DNA of 64,000 nt from a virus. Under the pieces are notes generated by a model. The model saw only the letters and a program-made list of their open reading frames with translations, ran no database searches and was not told where the DNA came from. The translations under genes were made by a program, and so were the position numbers. Of this stretch, positions 27,085-38,252 are shown piece by piece; position 1 is the stretch's first letter; each line of letters begins with the position of its first letter. The DNA lies in IMG/VR virus record IMGVR_UViG_3300023296_000994; one strand, 5' to 3'.

Positions 27085-27543
27085 CATTTCTTTACTATTT
27101 TCAGAAATAATTGATTTTTCAGGTGAAGTGTGCTTAACACCAATAAATTTACGGCTACCTATACTTGAATTATAATATTCCCTCGTACCATTTGAAAGTA
27201 ATGACGTAAGTACATTTAATTTGTGCTGGTAGTTTTCTTCTAAATAATTAACTTCACCTTTACTAAATCCAATATGTAGTATTTGAAATGAAAACTTATC
27301 AATACCAATCGAATCAATATCAGCCTTAAGTTCATCGGACGATGATGTATATTCTTTCCAATTACTTTCAGACCAAGTAACGCGTTTTCTTTTTTTCCCT
27401 TTTAACGGTGGACGCGATAACTTCCGAGTAAAATACTTTCTACCTACGTATTTTCTATCGGTAATAGTATTTGTAATTAAATAAACAAACCCATGGGCTC
27501 CGGGCGGAACATCAGTAAATGCCGTACTATTAAACATCCACAT
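27076..27543 (-). CDS. GIY-YIG family nuclease
   Basis: GFVYLITN..RKYVGRK..EYYN. Confidence 0.7.
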   Translation of the reverse strand: MWMFNSTAFTDVPPGAHGFVYLITNTITDRKYVGRKYFTRKLSRPPLKGKKRKRVTWSESNWKEYTSSSDELKADIDSIGIDKFSFQILHIGFSKGEVNYLEENYQHKLNVLTSLLSNGTREYYNSSIGSRKFIGVKHTSPEKSIISENSKEMFG

Positions 27544-27546
27544 GTA

Positions 27547-28215
27547 TTATATTCCATTTAGTCTTTCTAATACATCATCAATTGCTTCGTGTCTGTGGTT
27601 ATCCAGTAGATGTACTATATTAATATATTCCGAACCTTTCAATTTAGCCAATTCATTTATAGCTGAATAGTTACGGTCTCTTAAGTCTACTTGTTGCTGG
27701 TCGCCTGTAAATATCATGTATGACCCTTTACCAAGTCTACCCAATACCATTGCTAATTGAGCTTTACTTAAGTTTTGAAATTCATCAATTATGCAAATTG
27801 CGTTTTCGAACGTTCTACCTCGGAAGTGGGCAAGTGATACAAGTTCAATGTCCTCGTTTACTTCCATTTTCTCAAGTACATCAGGCTTATTATACACCTT
27901 ACGCATGTTACTACGAATTGGTATAAGCCACGGCGCCATTTTTTCCTTTTCTGTTCCAGGAAGAAACCCATTATCTTCAGTTGATACCGTTGGTCGCGTA
28001 ATAATTATTTTATCTACTGTACGTTTGAAGAAACAATCAAGTGCAATTTGAACGGCAAGTAACGTCTTACCACTTCCAGCCTTACCAATAAGGAATGAAA
28101 ATGGATGGATTAATACACTGGCCTTTGCAATTTTTTGTTCGTCCGATAGCTGTAGTGAAAATTTAATGTTGCCTTTGGGCACACGTTTTTCAGAGTTTTG
28201 TTTTTTAGGTTCCAT
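27547..28215 (-). CDS. phoH: PhoH-like ATPase
   Basis: GKAGSGKT, ITRP, GFLPG, FRGRTF, IDEFQN, GDQQQVD, HRH. Confidence 0.92.
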   Translation of the reverse strand: MEPKKQNSEKRVPKGNIKFSLQLSDEQKIAKASVLIHPFSFLIGKAGSGKTLLAVQIALDCFFKRTVDKIIITRPTVSTEDNGFLPGTEKEKMAPWLIPIRSNMRKVYNKPDVLEKMEVNEDIELVSLAHFRGRTFENAICIIDEFQNLSKAQLAMVLGRLGKGSYMIFTGDQQQVDLRDRNYSAINELAKLKGSEYINIVHLLDNHRHEAIDDVLERLNGI

Positions 28216-28218
28216 AAT

Positions 28219-29997
28219 TTAAGTATCAAATCGTATCATAAATGTTATATCGTAATCAATTGGCTTTTTTACTGCCTGAGCCAATTTACCGATGGCTAAT
28301 AATTCATTTGAATCATTATATAGTCCTACCGTAGTGATGTACGGTGAAAATTCTTCTGAGTCAACAAACGATGAACTAATTATACCGAATGAAGATGATG
28401 CTGGGTCTAATGTAGTAGGATTTTGAGTTATTGAGAATTCAGAATCTAGCACCTGGCATAAATAAATATGCTCTGATATGTCATGACTTCCTTTGAATGA
28501 TAATTCAAATTCAGAATCCTTTATACTGTGATAATGGCCAGACGGAATAGAATTAATTGGTGGAGTGATGGTTGCTATACCATGTTCGTAAAACACATTA
28601 CCTACAATATTTGTTGCACTTTCGGATACATATAAACTTGATGTAGCCGTACTATCTATAGCAGAATCCCATAATCTAAATTGAGACATTTCGAATTGAC
28701 CCGGTCGTATTATGTTTCTGTTCTTTTTATATTCTACATGTTTTGCTAGCCCTGGATCGTAATAGTTATTTTTATATCCATATGGCCTTCCGCCAATATG
28801 TACATTGGTTGGTGTTGTTACCGATACGCCATCTGCGGGATCAGCTACTGTCGAGCTATAGACACCGCCCGTTGATTGTAATCCTATTGTTAAATTGGAT
28901 CCTGATTTTTGAAATAATACTGAATACCAAGTTGCAGACGATAATTTTAATGCCGCTGATTCAAACATTTCACCGTTGGTTCTACTCTTTCGCCTAAAAA
29001 TAATATCTCTATTAGTAGAACCGGATATAGCTATTTCAAACGGAATATGTTCGTTGTCAAATTCACGCTTAGTTACAATTATATTTTCTTCGTGTGGTAC
29101 TAATGTTCGTCTTGTAGCTGAGGGAGAACCAGCGGCGATGGCTTCGCCGGGCGGGTCTGTATCTATTTCGTATCCACCTTCATAACTTTCTTCGGTTGGT
29201 TGGAATATAGGAATTCTAATCATAAACGAAACGGCGAAGTCTCTATCAAATATAAAGTCCTTTGAATTTTCTATTTCTATAAATTGATTATCAGTTGGGT
29301 CTTCAATTGTACCCGGACCGTATGACCCTGTGCCACCAAAGAAAGCGTAGCTTCTACTTAATTCAGAACTTAAAGAGTCATCTTTGAATTGAATTCTATA
29401 CGCAGATGGAACTACTTTATACTTAGATACATAATCAACGGGTGTTACATTAACCTGATTATCATTATTATATAAATACCCCTCGTTGAATCCAATATAC
29501 AAAGATAAATCATCTATACTTTGGTAAGTAGACGGTGAAGTTGAATCATATAGATTTCCATTACCATCATCTTTAATTACAGTTGAACCGGATGTTATAC
29601 TAAATGTATTCGGTTGTATGGAATTACCAAAAATACCCGACGGAATAGACATAACGGTTATGTCTCTATTTAATTCTTTGTATTGGCCAACACGGGAGCA
29701 AAACGTTTTGGGTGGATTATCATATGGATAATCAACGTCCTTTGGAGACTGATAATATAGGTTATTAATGGACCTATGAATCAAGTGCTTATATTGACCA
29801 TTTGATGTTGTTTCTTCAATGGGTGTGTCGCCCAGTGAAGTATCAATTGTGTTAAAAGACCCTGTTATATATTTCCCTTCATAGAAAACAATCCCATAAC
29901 TACCAGTTTCTTCGTTTTGAATTACCCAATTTTTATGGGCCGTATGGTTAGTTATGTTCTTAGTTTCAGGAAGGAGTGTTTTGAAAACTAGAGACAT
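28219..29997 (-). CDS. tail/baseplate protein with LamG-like domain
   Basis: DDGNGNL, VGNVFYEHG, C-terminal PYITTVGLYNDSNELLAIGKL. Confidence 0.6.
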   Translation of the reverse strand: MSLVFKTLLPETKNITNHTAHKNWVIQNEETGSYGIVFYEGKYITGSFNTIDTSLGDTPIEETTSNGQYKHLIHRSINNLYYQSPKDVDYPYDNPPKTFCSRVGQYKELNRDITVMSIPSGIFGNSIQPNTFSITSGSTVIKDDGNGNLYDSTSPSTYQSIDDLSLYIGFNEGYLYNNDNQVNVTPVDYVSKYKVVPSAYRIQFKDDSLSSELSRSYAFFGGTGSYGPGTIEDPTDNQFIEIENSKDFIFDRDFAVSFMIRIPIFQPTEESYEGGYEIDTDPPGEAIAAGSPSATRRTLVPHEENIIVTKREFDNEHIPFEIAISGSTNRDIIFRRKSRTNGEMFESAALKLSSATWYSVLFQKSGSNLTIGLQSTGGVYSSTVADPADGVSVTTPTNVHIGGRPYGYKNNYYDPGLAKHVEYKKNRNIIRPGQFEMSQFRLWDSAIDSTATSSLYVSESATNIVGNVFYEHGIATITPPINSIPSGHYHSIKDSEFELSFKGSHDISEHIYLCQVLDSEFSITQNPTTLDPASSSFGIISSSFVDSEEFSPYITTVGLYNDSNELLAIGKLAQAVKKPIDYDITFMIRFDT

Positions 29998-30059
29998 AAA
30001 GTGTGTACCTTATTTAGTATAAATATATCAGTGTCTAGTTAAACACCAATTGTTAATTA

Positions 30060-31130
30060 TCAAAACAAGCCGGCCATGCCGTGCAGTAATCCTTGCAACG
30101 TAACGCTGGCAACTGCAAATAGAGCCCAAACGAAATCGAGCTTCACCCTAACGGTTGTTTCACGTTCGAAATTCTTAAGAAACGGCTTACTTAATTTAGC
30201 TACCGCTAATAATTCATTTGAGTCATTATATAGCCCAACTGTAGTAATGTATACCTCGGGGTCATCATCCATAAATGAATATCGTAAGTATCCGCCAGAA
30301 CCGGTAATGAACGTAGGATTATTAGAATAATTTAGTTCACTATTTCTAAGCCTTACAAAATAATGTGTTGACGAAACATCTTCCTGTGACCTTCCTGTGA
30401 AGGAATTACCACCTGTAACAGCCGTCCATATTTTATTTATATTATCACCACTTGCGTTACTTCCTGTTTCAAATGTAGAAGCAATACCAGACTGTGACAA
30501 TAGCGTAGTTGGCATTGCCAATACACCAATTTCAGGATAAAATACTCCATATTTTGTAGATACCGTGCCGTATACACCGTCAGTAATAGAACCACTTACA
30601 ATATTATATACGCTTGACCCATTTACAGAATCAGCAGTTACCCTAGATGATTCATCTATTAATGTAATTGGTGGTAATGTATCTACCGATGCGGACAATG
30701 TTAATTCCCACCCGCCAGGGTTCATTTGTTCTTTGAATCTGGCGCGGTTGACTGATATAAACGCCATATCATTATAATCTGCTCCGTCTACTGTAAATAC
30801 GCCGTCTGTGGGATTTAATAATAGATTGGCAAACTGACTATAAACAGCCTTTGATGGTGTAATACCATCGGTTGCACCTGTCCATTTTGCTGAACCGGAA
30901 CCAAGCCTATGACCCCAGGCTACGCTGTATTGTACAGCGGCAGTTGTATCCGTGTCCGGGTGACCATCGTATACAAACCACTGATAGTTTCCTGAATCGG
31001 ACCCAGTTTGAGTTGATGATGTATATGCGGCCATAAGTGTACTTACTGTACCAGACCACAAATTAGATGTTAGGTCTCTGGATACAAATCCTTCCACTAT
31101 ATCGTCGCTATCAAATGTTTTAAATGACAT
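30060..31130 (-). CDS. tail/baseplate protein, C-terminal domain paralogous to 28219..29997
   Basis: Shared YITTVGLYNDSNELLA..KL. Confidence 0.6.
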   Translation of the reverse strand: MSFKTFDSDDIVEGFVSRDLTSNLWSGTVSTLMAAYTSSTQTGSDSGNYQWFVYDGHPDTDTTAAVQYSVAWGHRLGSGSAKWTGATDGITPSKAVYSQFANLLLNPTDGVFTVDGADYNDMAFISVNRARFKEQMNPGGWELTLSASVDTLPPITLIDESSRVTADSVNGSSVYNIVSGSITDGVYGTVSTKYGVFYPEIGVLAMPTTLLSQSGIASTFETGSNASGDNINKIWTAVTGGNSFTGRSQEDVSSTHYFVRLRNSELNYSNNPTFITGSGGYLRYSFMDDDPEVYITTVGLYNDSNELLAVAKLSKPFLKNFERETTVRVKLDFVWALFAVASVTLQGLLHGMAGLF

Positions 31131-31152
31131 ATTCTTTCAAGTTTATTTTATA

Positions 31153-31908
31153 TTATGCGGTTGCCGTAGAACCAGGACCCGTATCAGTACCAATCGATAC
31201 ACCTTCAATTAAACTATCCACATTTACAGTTATAGGAATTGTTACCGAACCTCCGGTTTCATTTCCGAAAATAGTAATTGTAGATGTTGTAGTTCTTAGT
31301 AATGATTTTCCGGTTATGGTGAATGTTGCGCCGAATTTAGTAACCGATATTCTTTCATCACTTGGGTCGCCTGATGTCCCGCCGGTTTCAATTACAGACA
31401 AACCACGGTCACCCGAAGAGAATCGGCCGGTTCCGTCGCCGCCAGTACGTGTTGCGGGGAAAGCAGCGGAAGCGTCGCTAAGAGTAACACCCGATGGGGT
31501 AATAGTAGCTATTTTTGAATTATCAAGTGTAATGGTATATGATTGTCTAATTGTAGTATCATTTGTAACTCTTGGTGTTATAGTAATACTTTCACCTGTT
31601 GTTAGACTGATAGATGAAATACCAATACCAATGACAGGAAGACGTGTTGTACCGCGAGGAAGCGTAATTAGCTTATGTCTCATCATTTGAGTTTCATCTG
31701 CAAATGCTTCCAACATTGGTAATTTTTCAATGGCTTCACCATAATAGTTACTACCGTTTCCGTGTGACGGATCATACAATCTATAATCCACTTCGTCATC
31801 AGATATAGAAAACTTAGTTATATTCAGATTTCCTCTAGACAAAAGCTGGCGACCTCGTTTAGTCAATATCGCATCGATTGTTAGTGTTGTATTATCAAGA
31901 TATCCCAT
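31153..31908 (-). CDS. virion structural protein
   Basis: MGYLDN..IDAILTKRGRQLL..SDDEVDY; late-promoter variant upstream. Confidence 0.55.
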   Translation of the reverse strand: MGYLDNTTLTIDAILTKRGRQLLSRGNLNITKFSISDDEVDYRLYDPSHGNGSNYYGEAIEKLPMLEAFADETQMMRHKLITLPRGTTRLPVIGIGISSISLTTGESITITPRVTNDTTIRQSYTITLDNSKIATITPSGVTLSDASAAFPATRTGGDGTGRFSSGDRGLSVIETGGTSGDPSDERISVTKFGATFTITGKSLLRTTTSTITIFGNETGGSVTIPITVNVDSLIEGVSIGTDTGPGSTATA

Positions 31909-31962
31909 ATAAATTTCCTTTTAGTTATTAATAAATATACAGTATTTTTGTTTGTAGGTTTA

Positions 31963-34900
31963 TTATAATGGCGATGGTGGTGGTATAATACCAATTGCTA
32001 CGCTTCCAGATGTTAATGTATTCCATTCAACTACCGGGCCGCCGTCTATAGTATCAAAGCTATCAATATTGAAGTCCGCACTAGTTACTTTACTTCCTAT
32101 GTAAAATGAATTTGGATTATACGGATGAATTCTGGAAAGTTCCAATGAACTTGAAAATGAATCATCTCTTGACCTACTGTGTGAACTACTATAGAAGTAG
32201 TTTTTCTTATATAGAAATTCCGATTGTATTGATTCAGATATAAACGGCTGTATACCATCTATTGTACGTATATTCAATTTGAATTGAACCGGACCAAAGA
32301 AACTACCAGAACCTGCGACGAACCCGCTGGCGATAGATAATGAAGTCAATTCATCGTTAGGAGCGCTACCACTATGTACTATTATAGTATTGGCCCGGGG
32401 CGAATTCAATGTAGTAAATGAAACTTTAATATTGCCGCCTCCTAGTGACGAAGCAGATAAAGGAATTTCAATTAATTCGGAATTAGTATTTATTGCATCG
32501 CGGAGTGCATTGACCATTGCACCGGCGGTTCCGGTTGTATTATCAACGTGAATTAAATTTGATGTATCAGTACCGAAGTCGGCTGAACTAGTGTACAAAA
32601 ATTGTACATTACTACCAACAAAAAACAGTGAACCAATTGGGGCTACAGATGGAGCAGTAAATTCGAATATAACCGACGAAGTACCGTATAATGCAGTTGA
32701 TTCATCATACGTATATCTTGACCCAAATCTACGATCATAATCACCTATTTCCCACGTTGGAATTGTATCTGTCAACGTAGAAAATATAGAGCTTCCGCCG
32801 AAGCGATCTATGTATGTCATAGAATCTGAATCGTCGGCTGTTATGAATGTAGAATCGGAATATAAATCGATACTAGCCGAATACGTTGGCACTTCTAATG
32901 ATAACGATGCTTCTGTTACTATCTTAGGACGTTCGAGTACGGATGGTTTTATCAACACACCTACAATTTTATGGGCTCTAGCTGGCAACAATTGTTCAAT
33001 TTGCTTGAATATAGCAGAATTGAAAAGACCTATCAGCCTCAAAAATGCAAAGACGTTGTTTTCTTTGTTGAATTTTTTGAAATAGGTATCACGGAGTATT
33101 CTGAGAGAATTATATTCCGACTCAAATCTATCACGGGGGTCGCCCACAATATCATCCAATATGATGCCACCGAATTGATATGCAATATCCAAGTCAATAT
33201 TATCTTGTGGCGAAAATGCCACAGAAATCATATTAGAATCTAATGGATAGTTATCAAACGAGCTACTTTCATAGCTGTTAAATGGATCCAATACATTGTC
33301 ATTACTATTATCTTCTATTCTAATCTTAGATGATTGAGGTCTTAACCCAATTGAATTAGGAACATGTACATAATATGTGTCATCTACTGTATTCCAACTT
33401 GAAGTTGTATACCCATATGCCTTTGATAAATATGTAGGTGAACCTGCATATTGCATAATTTGACTTGGGTGGCTAGATGTCAAAATCAAACCGCTTTGTG
33501 ATATAGGAACTAAATTATTGTCCGTTCCAATTGGAATTCTGAATACTAAATTATCATATGATTCGCTGTACGTAGCTCCATAGTAACTTGTTGGGGCTTG
33601 TGTATGACCATCCAATACATGATTAGGAAGTTCGGTTCTCCATATTTTGAATTCCTGAATGGCGCCATTTAGTGATGTAGTATAATTGGTAATGTTGGCG
33701 AACACAGACCCGGATGAATGTACTTCACCTAAATGAATACCTTCTATAGATCCATTACCCCATGCGTCAATATACGATTGACTAACTGATGCCAATAAAT
33801 CGTCCGATTCTATTGATGCGCTGATTGCATGAGTGATTCTTCCCGAAGCGTGATTCGGGGCCTTCTTTACATCTAATTTCCAAACAACATTTGGACCATC
33901 TATAACCGTACCTGATACTTTTATTTTATTTTCTTGTCTAAGAAATACGCTCCAATAATCATTGTCATATATAGGAGAATAAGTAGTTGACGCTGATACA
34001 TACCCATCACTACCACTTAATGAAAAGTGCATGCGACCGTAATTCGAAGTAGCATTGGACGATGAATGTTCCATCCATATACCCCAATCTTCTTCTTTAC
34101 CAATAATACCCTGAGTAGATTTGGTATTTGTTCTAAATCTGAATTCTATGGTACGGGGTAAATATAAATTAGTTGTAAATAAAAAGCTACCATCGCCGGA
34201 AAATTCTATATTATTCCACGGTGCAGTTATATAACTGGCGCTGGTGATCAGTTCATTATTAGCAATTTCAATATATCTAAGTTGTGACCCAGATATTGAA
34301 TTAATGGGATCAGGGCCCCCAAATTCCTGTATTCTAAGAATACTGGTTGGTATTCCATAGCATGTAAGGAACGCTTTTATACTTCGTTCCGTACCTTTCG
34401 TTTTATAGATGTACGGCAGATTGTTAAATAGTCGTGAATATGGTTCGAGTTCTAAATCTCTGTACGATAGGGATTCCGTAGCGGCGTAATTTAGGGTTGC
34501 GCCGGTTGGATATTCAATAGATGATGTCGATTGATAACTACCACTACTATTGTACCCTAAAAAGTAAGACCAAAGTTCTTCTTTGTCCCATCCCGATACA
34601 GCTTCCCATCCCATCGATTTAAGTACACTGTATAGTAAATCTTTGGAAATACCAATATCTACGTTTTCATCTCGTTTATTTATTGATCCTAAATGGTCAA
34701 TATAATTATACAGTACATCAAAGTGCTGCGCTACCATATCCACAAACAATATAAATCCATTGTTTTGTGAATCAAGTCTAACGTGAAATGGTAATAAATC
34801 ACGTAGTATATTTTGATTTTTGCCATCATATAAAGATGCCACTTCTATTGCATCTGGATACCAATTAGTGACGGCCGATGATGATATACTTGCGTTCGTA

Positions 34901-36081
34901 TATGGCTTAATAGAAGTTTCCTTTGGCCATGTAGTCTGCGAGTAGTTGCCATACGTATCCGATTCAATTGAAGCTGAATCATAATAAAGATAATTTTCAT
35001 AACTATCGAAGTTACCAATTACTTCATCTACCTTTCTATCAAACACACTTTTATTATGAATATATTCGTATGATGATGTGGCTCCGGTACCCGATAGTCC
35101 GACTAAATCAATTGAAATTGCCTGTGATTGTGACGTATACAATTCAATTGACTTCATTTTAGAATAAAAATTTGTCAATCGTTGTTTGGCGGAACTAAAA
35201 TGTATGAAGTTACTGTAGTCACGGTAATCAATGTTTAATTCAGCGCCATTTGTATCAATGGAACCACTAAACATTTTATTTATTATTCGATTTCTTACAT
35301 CAGGAACAGCATTTAATATTAATTCTTCGGTTAATACCCCGGTGGCCTTGCCAACTCTACGATTTAAATCTATGTAAAAATCCGGCCCGCGTAGCGCATT
35401 ATAATCTTCACTTACTTCTACAACGGGCAGCGATATTCTTACACTAAAATTGAATGGATTTAAAACTTGGTCCCAGATTTCAATTTCATCCTTTGGTCTT
35501 ATATCTCTGGGGAAAGTTAATACATTATCGTGTGGTGTATGCTTAACTATAAGATATTTTTCTTCAGTGTATTTATCATTAACCCAATTAACAATTGGAT
35601 ATGATTTTTGTGTTGGGACGTGAAAGATATATAACGGAATTGGATCAGTACCCAATTCACGTAAATCAACCAACGAATTATTTATTTTAATTTCAGTTTT
35701 ATTTCGCGATATATCTATCACGGATAAATCTGATATCTTATCTATAATGAACCCTTGTACTTCAAACGTACCTGATGTTAATGATAATTCATTAACTATT
35801 ATTTCGTATATATCTAACTGTAATGAACCATCTGCATCAGATAAATATGATTTTGCAATACCTTCAAATGTATCAATTAACGTACCTTCGGAATAAAATT
35901 CCAAACGTAATACATCAGTATCTGCAATTGAAACCATTGGATATGATAATGCCGTATCACGAGTTCCGCCGGAAGTAATTCTACTTCTAGTTCCACTGAT
36001 ATCAAATCCTGTTGCACCAGATCTTACAATATCTACATTAGCTAATCCAACATCTTTTATATTATATACTACAGTTTCCAT
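31963..36081 (-). CDS. large baseplate wedge-like protein
   Basis: YIYKTKGTERSI motif, LamG-like middle, IEQLLPAR; baseplate context. Confidence 0.55.
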   Translation of the reverse strand: METVVYNIKDVGLANVDIVRSGATGFDISGTRSRITSGGTRDTALSYPMVSIADTDVLRLEFYSEGTLIDTFEGIAKSYLSDADGSLQLDIYEIIVNELSLTSGTFEVQGFIIDKISDLSVIDISRNKTEIKINNSLVDLRELGTDPIPLYIFHVPTQKSYPIVNWVNDKYTEEKYLIVKHTPHDNVLTFPRDIRPKDEIEIWDQVLNPFNFSVRISLPVVEVSEDYNALRGPDFYIDLNRRVGKATGVLTEELILNAVPDVRNRIINKMFSGSIDTNGAELNIDYRDYSNFIHFSSAKQRLTNFYSKMKSIELYTSQSQAISIDLVGLSGTGATSSYEYIHNKSVFDRKVDEVIGNFDSYENYLYYDSASIESDTYGNYSQTTWPKETSIKPYTNASISSSAVTNWYPDAIEVASLYDGKNQNILRDLLPFHVRLDSQNNGFILFVDMVAQHFDVLYNYIDHLGSINKRDENVDIGISKDLLYSVLKSMGWEAVSGWDKEELWSYFLGYNSSGSYQSTSSIEYPTGATLNYAATESLSYRDLELEPYSRLFNNLPYIYKTKGTERSIKAFLTCYGIPTSILRIQEFGGPDPINSISGSQLRYIEIANNELITSASYITAPWNNIEFSGDGSFLFTTNLYLPRTIEFRFRTNTKSTQGIIGKEEDWGIWMEHSSSNATSNYGRMHFSLSGSDGYVSASTTYSPIYDNDYWSVFLRQENKIKVSGTVIDGPNVVWKLDVKKAPNHASGRITHAISASIESDDLLASVSQSYIDAWGNGSIEGIHLGEVHSSGSVFANITNYTTSLNGAIQEFKIWRTELPNHVLDGHTQAPTSYYGATYSESYDNLVFRIPIGTDNNLVPISQSGLILTSSHPSQIMQYAGSPTYLSKAYGYTTSSWNTVDDTYYVHVPNSIGLRPQSSKIRIEDNSNDNVLDPFNSYESSSFDNYPLDSNMISVAFSPQDNIDLDIAYQFGGIILDDIVGDPRDRFESEYNSLRILRDTYFKKFNKENNVFAFLRLIGLFNSAIFKQIEQLLPARAHKIVGVLIKPSVLERPKIVTEASLSLEVPTYSASIDLYSDSTFITADDSDSMTYIDRFGGSSIFSTLTDTIPTWEIGDYDRRFGSRYTYDESTALYGTSSVIFEFTAPSVAPIGSLFFVGSNVQFLYTSSADFGTDTSNLIHVDNTTGTAGAMVNALRDAINTNSELIEIPLSASSLGGGNIKVSFTTLNSPRANTIIVHSGSAPNDELTSLSIASGFVAGSGSFFGPVQFKLNIRTIDGIQPFISESIQSEFLYKKNYFYSSSHSRSRDDSFSSSLELSRIHPYNPNSFYIGSKVTSADFNIDSFDTIDGGPVVEWNTLTSGSVAIGIIPPPSPL

Positions 36082-36084
36082 ATA

Positions 36085-36861
36085 TTAAAGTATAGGTCCA
36101 TCGGGCATTATTACATCTGTTAATGGCGATTGTCTAGCTGCTTCTGATAACGATTCATCGTTAAATACATTAACATCGAAATCAGTATACTGTCTCAGAG
36201 TTCGTCGTAAATTAGAATAATATATATTGTCTTCTACATTCTGTGTATTACGGCCGCCAGTGCGAGCAGTAAATCTACCATCACCCATACCCATAATGTC
36301 ATCACACTTGAAATAAGCGCTTTGACGAGTTTCCCGACCACGGACATCAGTAGCGATGCAGCTAACGTCTACGAGGTCGCCAAACCCTTCGTAGGCACCT
36401 TCTAATACATCAGGTGCATTATCATTAAATTCCGTGTCGATATATACATCAGGAGATAAATTATACAACATTAAAGATGGACCCGTACCCTTTTCCTCAC
36501 CATTAACTTCCCATTTATACGTAAATAGATTGCGCTCGGGCTTTAATGTCTTTACGTAAAATAAAGCATGTTCACCAGCCATAAATCCATAAAAGAAATT
36601 AGTTGGATTACCATCGGGAAAATAAGGATCTTCTAACCATCTATACGGATCATCGATGGTATTTGGATATTTACTATTTCCCCTTGTATCATATAATAAA
36701 TAATAATTAGCTGCCTGAATCCTTAATTCAGACGGAGCCGGTATAGTTAATAATTGTGATATATCTGTATCAATATTATCATAATATGATTCCGACGCAT
36801 AACTAGATCGTCGGGATACAATATCGATTCTATCACTTATGCTTGATATTACAAATGCCAT
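36085..36861 (-). CDS. virion protein with Ig-like segment
   Basis: FTYKWEVNG..VSCIATD. Confidence 0.4.
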   Translation of the reverse strand: MAFVISSISDRIDIVSRRSSYASESYYDNIDTDISQLLTIPAPSELRIQAANYYLLYDTRGNSKYPNTIDDPYRWLEDPYFPDGNPTNFFYGFMAGEHALFYVKTLKPERNLFTYKWEVNGEEKGTGPSLMLYNLSPDVYIDTEFNDNAPDVLEGAYEGFGDLVDVSCIATDVRGRETRQSAYFKCDDIMGMGDGRFTARTGGRNTQNVEDNIYYSNLRRTLRQYTDFDVNVFNDESLSEAARQSPLTDVIMPDGPIL

Positions 36862-36863
36862 AA

Positions 36864-37925
36864 TTATCTGATTACCTTAAATATGTGGTCATTGTCGAAA
36901 TATTCAACTTGACCAGTATAAATTCTATCTTCAATCTTAAATACTAATCTATAGTATCTTTCAGGTTGTAATCCGTCTAACCATAGATTAACATAGTTTC
37001 CGCTGGAATTGCAACTTACTTTAGTATAATTATCATCAAATGGGATAACTACGTCTTCGGTCAGCGCGTCTTTTACTGAATAGTATGATGATGATGGTAA
37101 GTACTTAATATCCAATTGTGCCGAACTTGTGGTATACGTTTTTACTGGATAAGTTTCCCTACCAACTACACCTATTTGAATTCTTGAATTTTCTCTGTAA
37201 ATACCAGCATTGTCCTTTAGATACAATATGATGTTACTGGCAGTTAATTCATCAAGACTTCCTGTATTATATACGGAATCGTCCCATAATACTTCTAATT
37301 TAGGAACATATATTGTATGTGTGTCTCTTGAAAAATACTTAAGGGAACCATATAAATTGGCGTCAGTTTCTTCGGACCCACTACGTAATAATAGGAAGCC
37401 ATTATTTTCAGTTGTATTTGAAAGCCAATCTGCAACGGACTGTGATACGCTCATTCTAATATCAGTCAAGTTATAATTAAATGACTGGGTATGTACATTA
37501 CCACTTGACCCTGTGGTGCCGCCAGGCGACAACCATTCCGTTGCGTCGATTTCACCGAATCTATATTTCCAACTTGCACCCTCAGTTGTAATTGGATTGT
37601 TTGTAGTTCTACCAACACCCATACCCCATGATTCTGATAACGGTATAGCCATAACACCATATTCCAATGGTATTGCTGTAGCTTCCGTTGTGTATAGATT
37701 AAGGTAGAATTGAATACCATTGGTTGAATCAATAGTTCCTGCTGCTAATGATTGTGATACTCCATCCAAATCAAATTGAATGGTAGCTCTGGTATTACTA
37801 ATACCCGGTTGTAAAGACGAAGATACTATCTTTTCAATGAATAGAATTTCATCAATACCTGTGTTCATACTTTCCGATACTTCGAATAAAGTAGAATCTT
37901 TCGTGGGGAAAATTGAATATATCAT
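36864..37925 (-). CDS. virion protein (DNRLRE-like domain)
   Basis: KDSTL..NTG.DE, RATIQFD, NNGFLL, YFSRDTH..PKLEV.WDD. Confidence 0.5.
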   Translation of the reverse strand: MIYSIFPTKDSTLFEVSESMNTGIDEILFIEKIVSSSLQPGISNTRATIQFDLDGVSQSLAAGTIDSTNGIQFYLNLYTTEATAIPLEYGVMAIPLSESWGMGVGRTTNNPITTEGASWKYRFGEIDATEWLSPGGTTGSSGNVHTQSFNYNLTDIRMSVSQSVADWLSNTTENNGFLLLRSGSEETDANLYGSLKYFSRDTHTIYVPKLEVLWDDSVYNTGSLDELTASNIILYLKDNAGIYRENSRIQIGVVGRETYPVKTYTTSSAQLDIKYLPSSSYYSVKDALTEDVVIPFDDNYTKVSCNSSGNYVNLWLDGLQPERYYRLVFKIEDRIYTGQVEYFDNDHIFKVIR

Positions 37926-37942
37926 AATACTTAACTTTTTAA

Positions 37943-38196
37943 TTAGGCATAACCGGCCGCTTTGATGTAGTCTAAAAAGTCGGCTACCAAGGCTTTGTAT
38001 GAATTAACACCACCTTCATCAAAATCCATAATATATTCGGAAACGGCGTTATCCCAATTGGATTCCAAATCTATTCCTTTTTTCTTTAATTGTGCGACAA
38101 CCTTTTTCATTTCTTTTTTAAGGACGGTGGCCTTAACGGTATCATTGCTGTTAAAAATTTATCAGAATATAATTCCGATATAAGGGATTTTAACAT
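37943..38196 (-). pseudogene. about 84-aa ORF with apparent 1-nt frameshift
   Basis: MLKSLISELYSDKF joins NSNDTVKATVLKKEMKK...AAGYA if the T5 run near 38155 were T6. Confidence 0.4.
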
Positions 38197-38252
38197 TATT
38201 TTCTTGGGGGTTTTAGTTTGATTTTTCATTTTGGGGTTTTTTAATTTATAGG

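Noticed and set aside
38196-38252. Low-complexity G/T tract and frameshifted ORF
   Set aside because: Looks like low-quality sequence; no structure or periodicity seen
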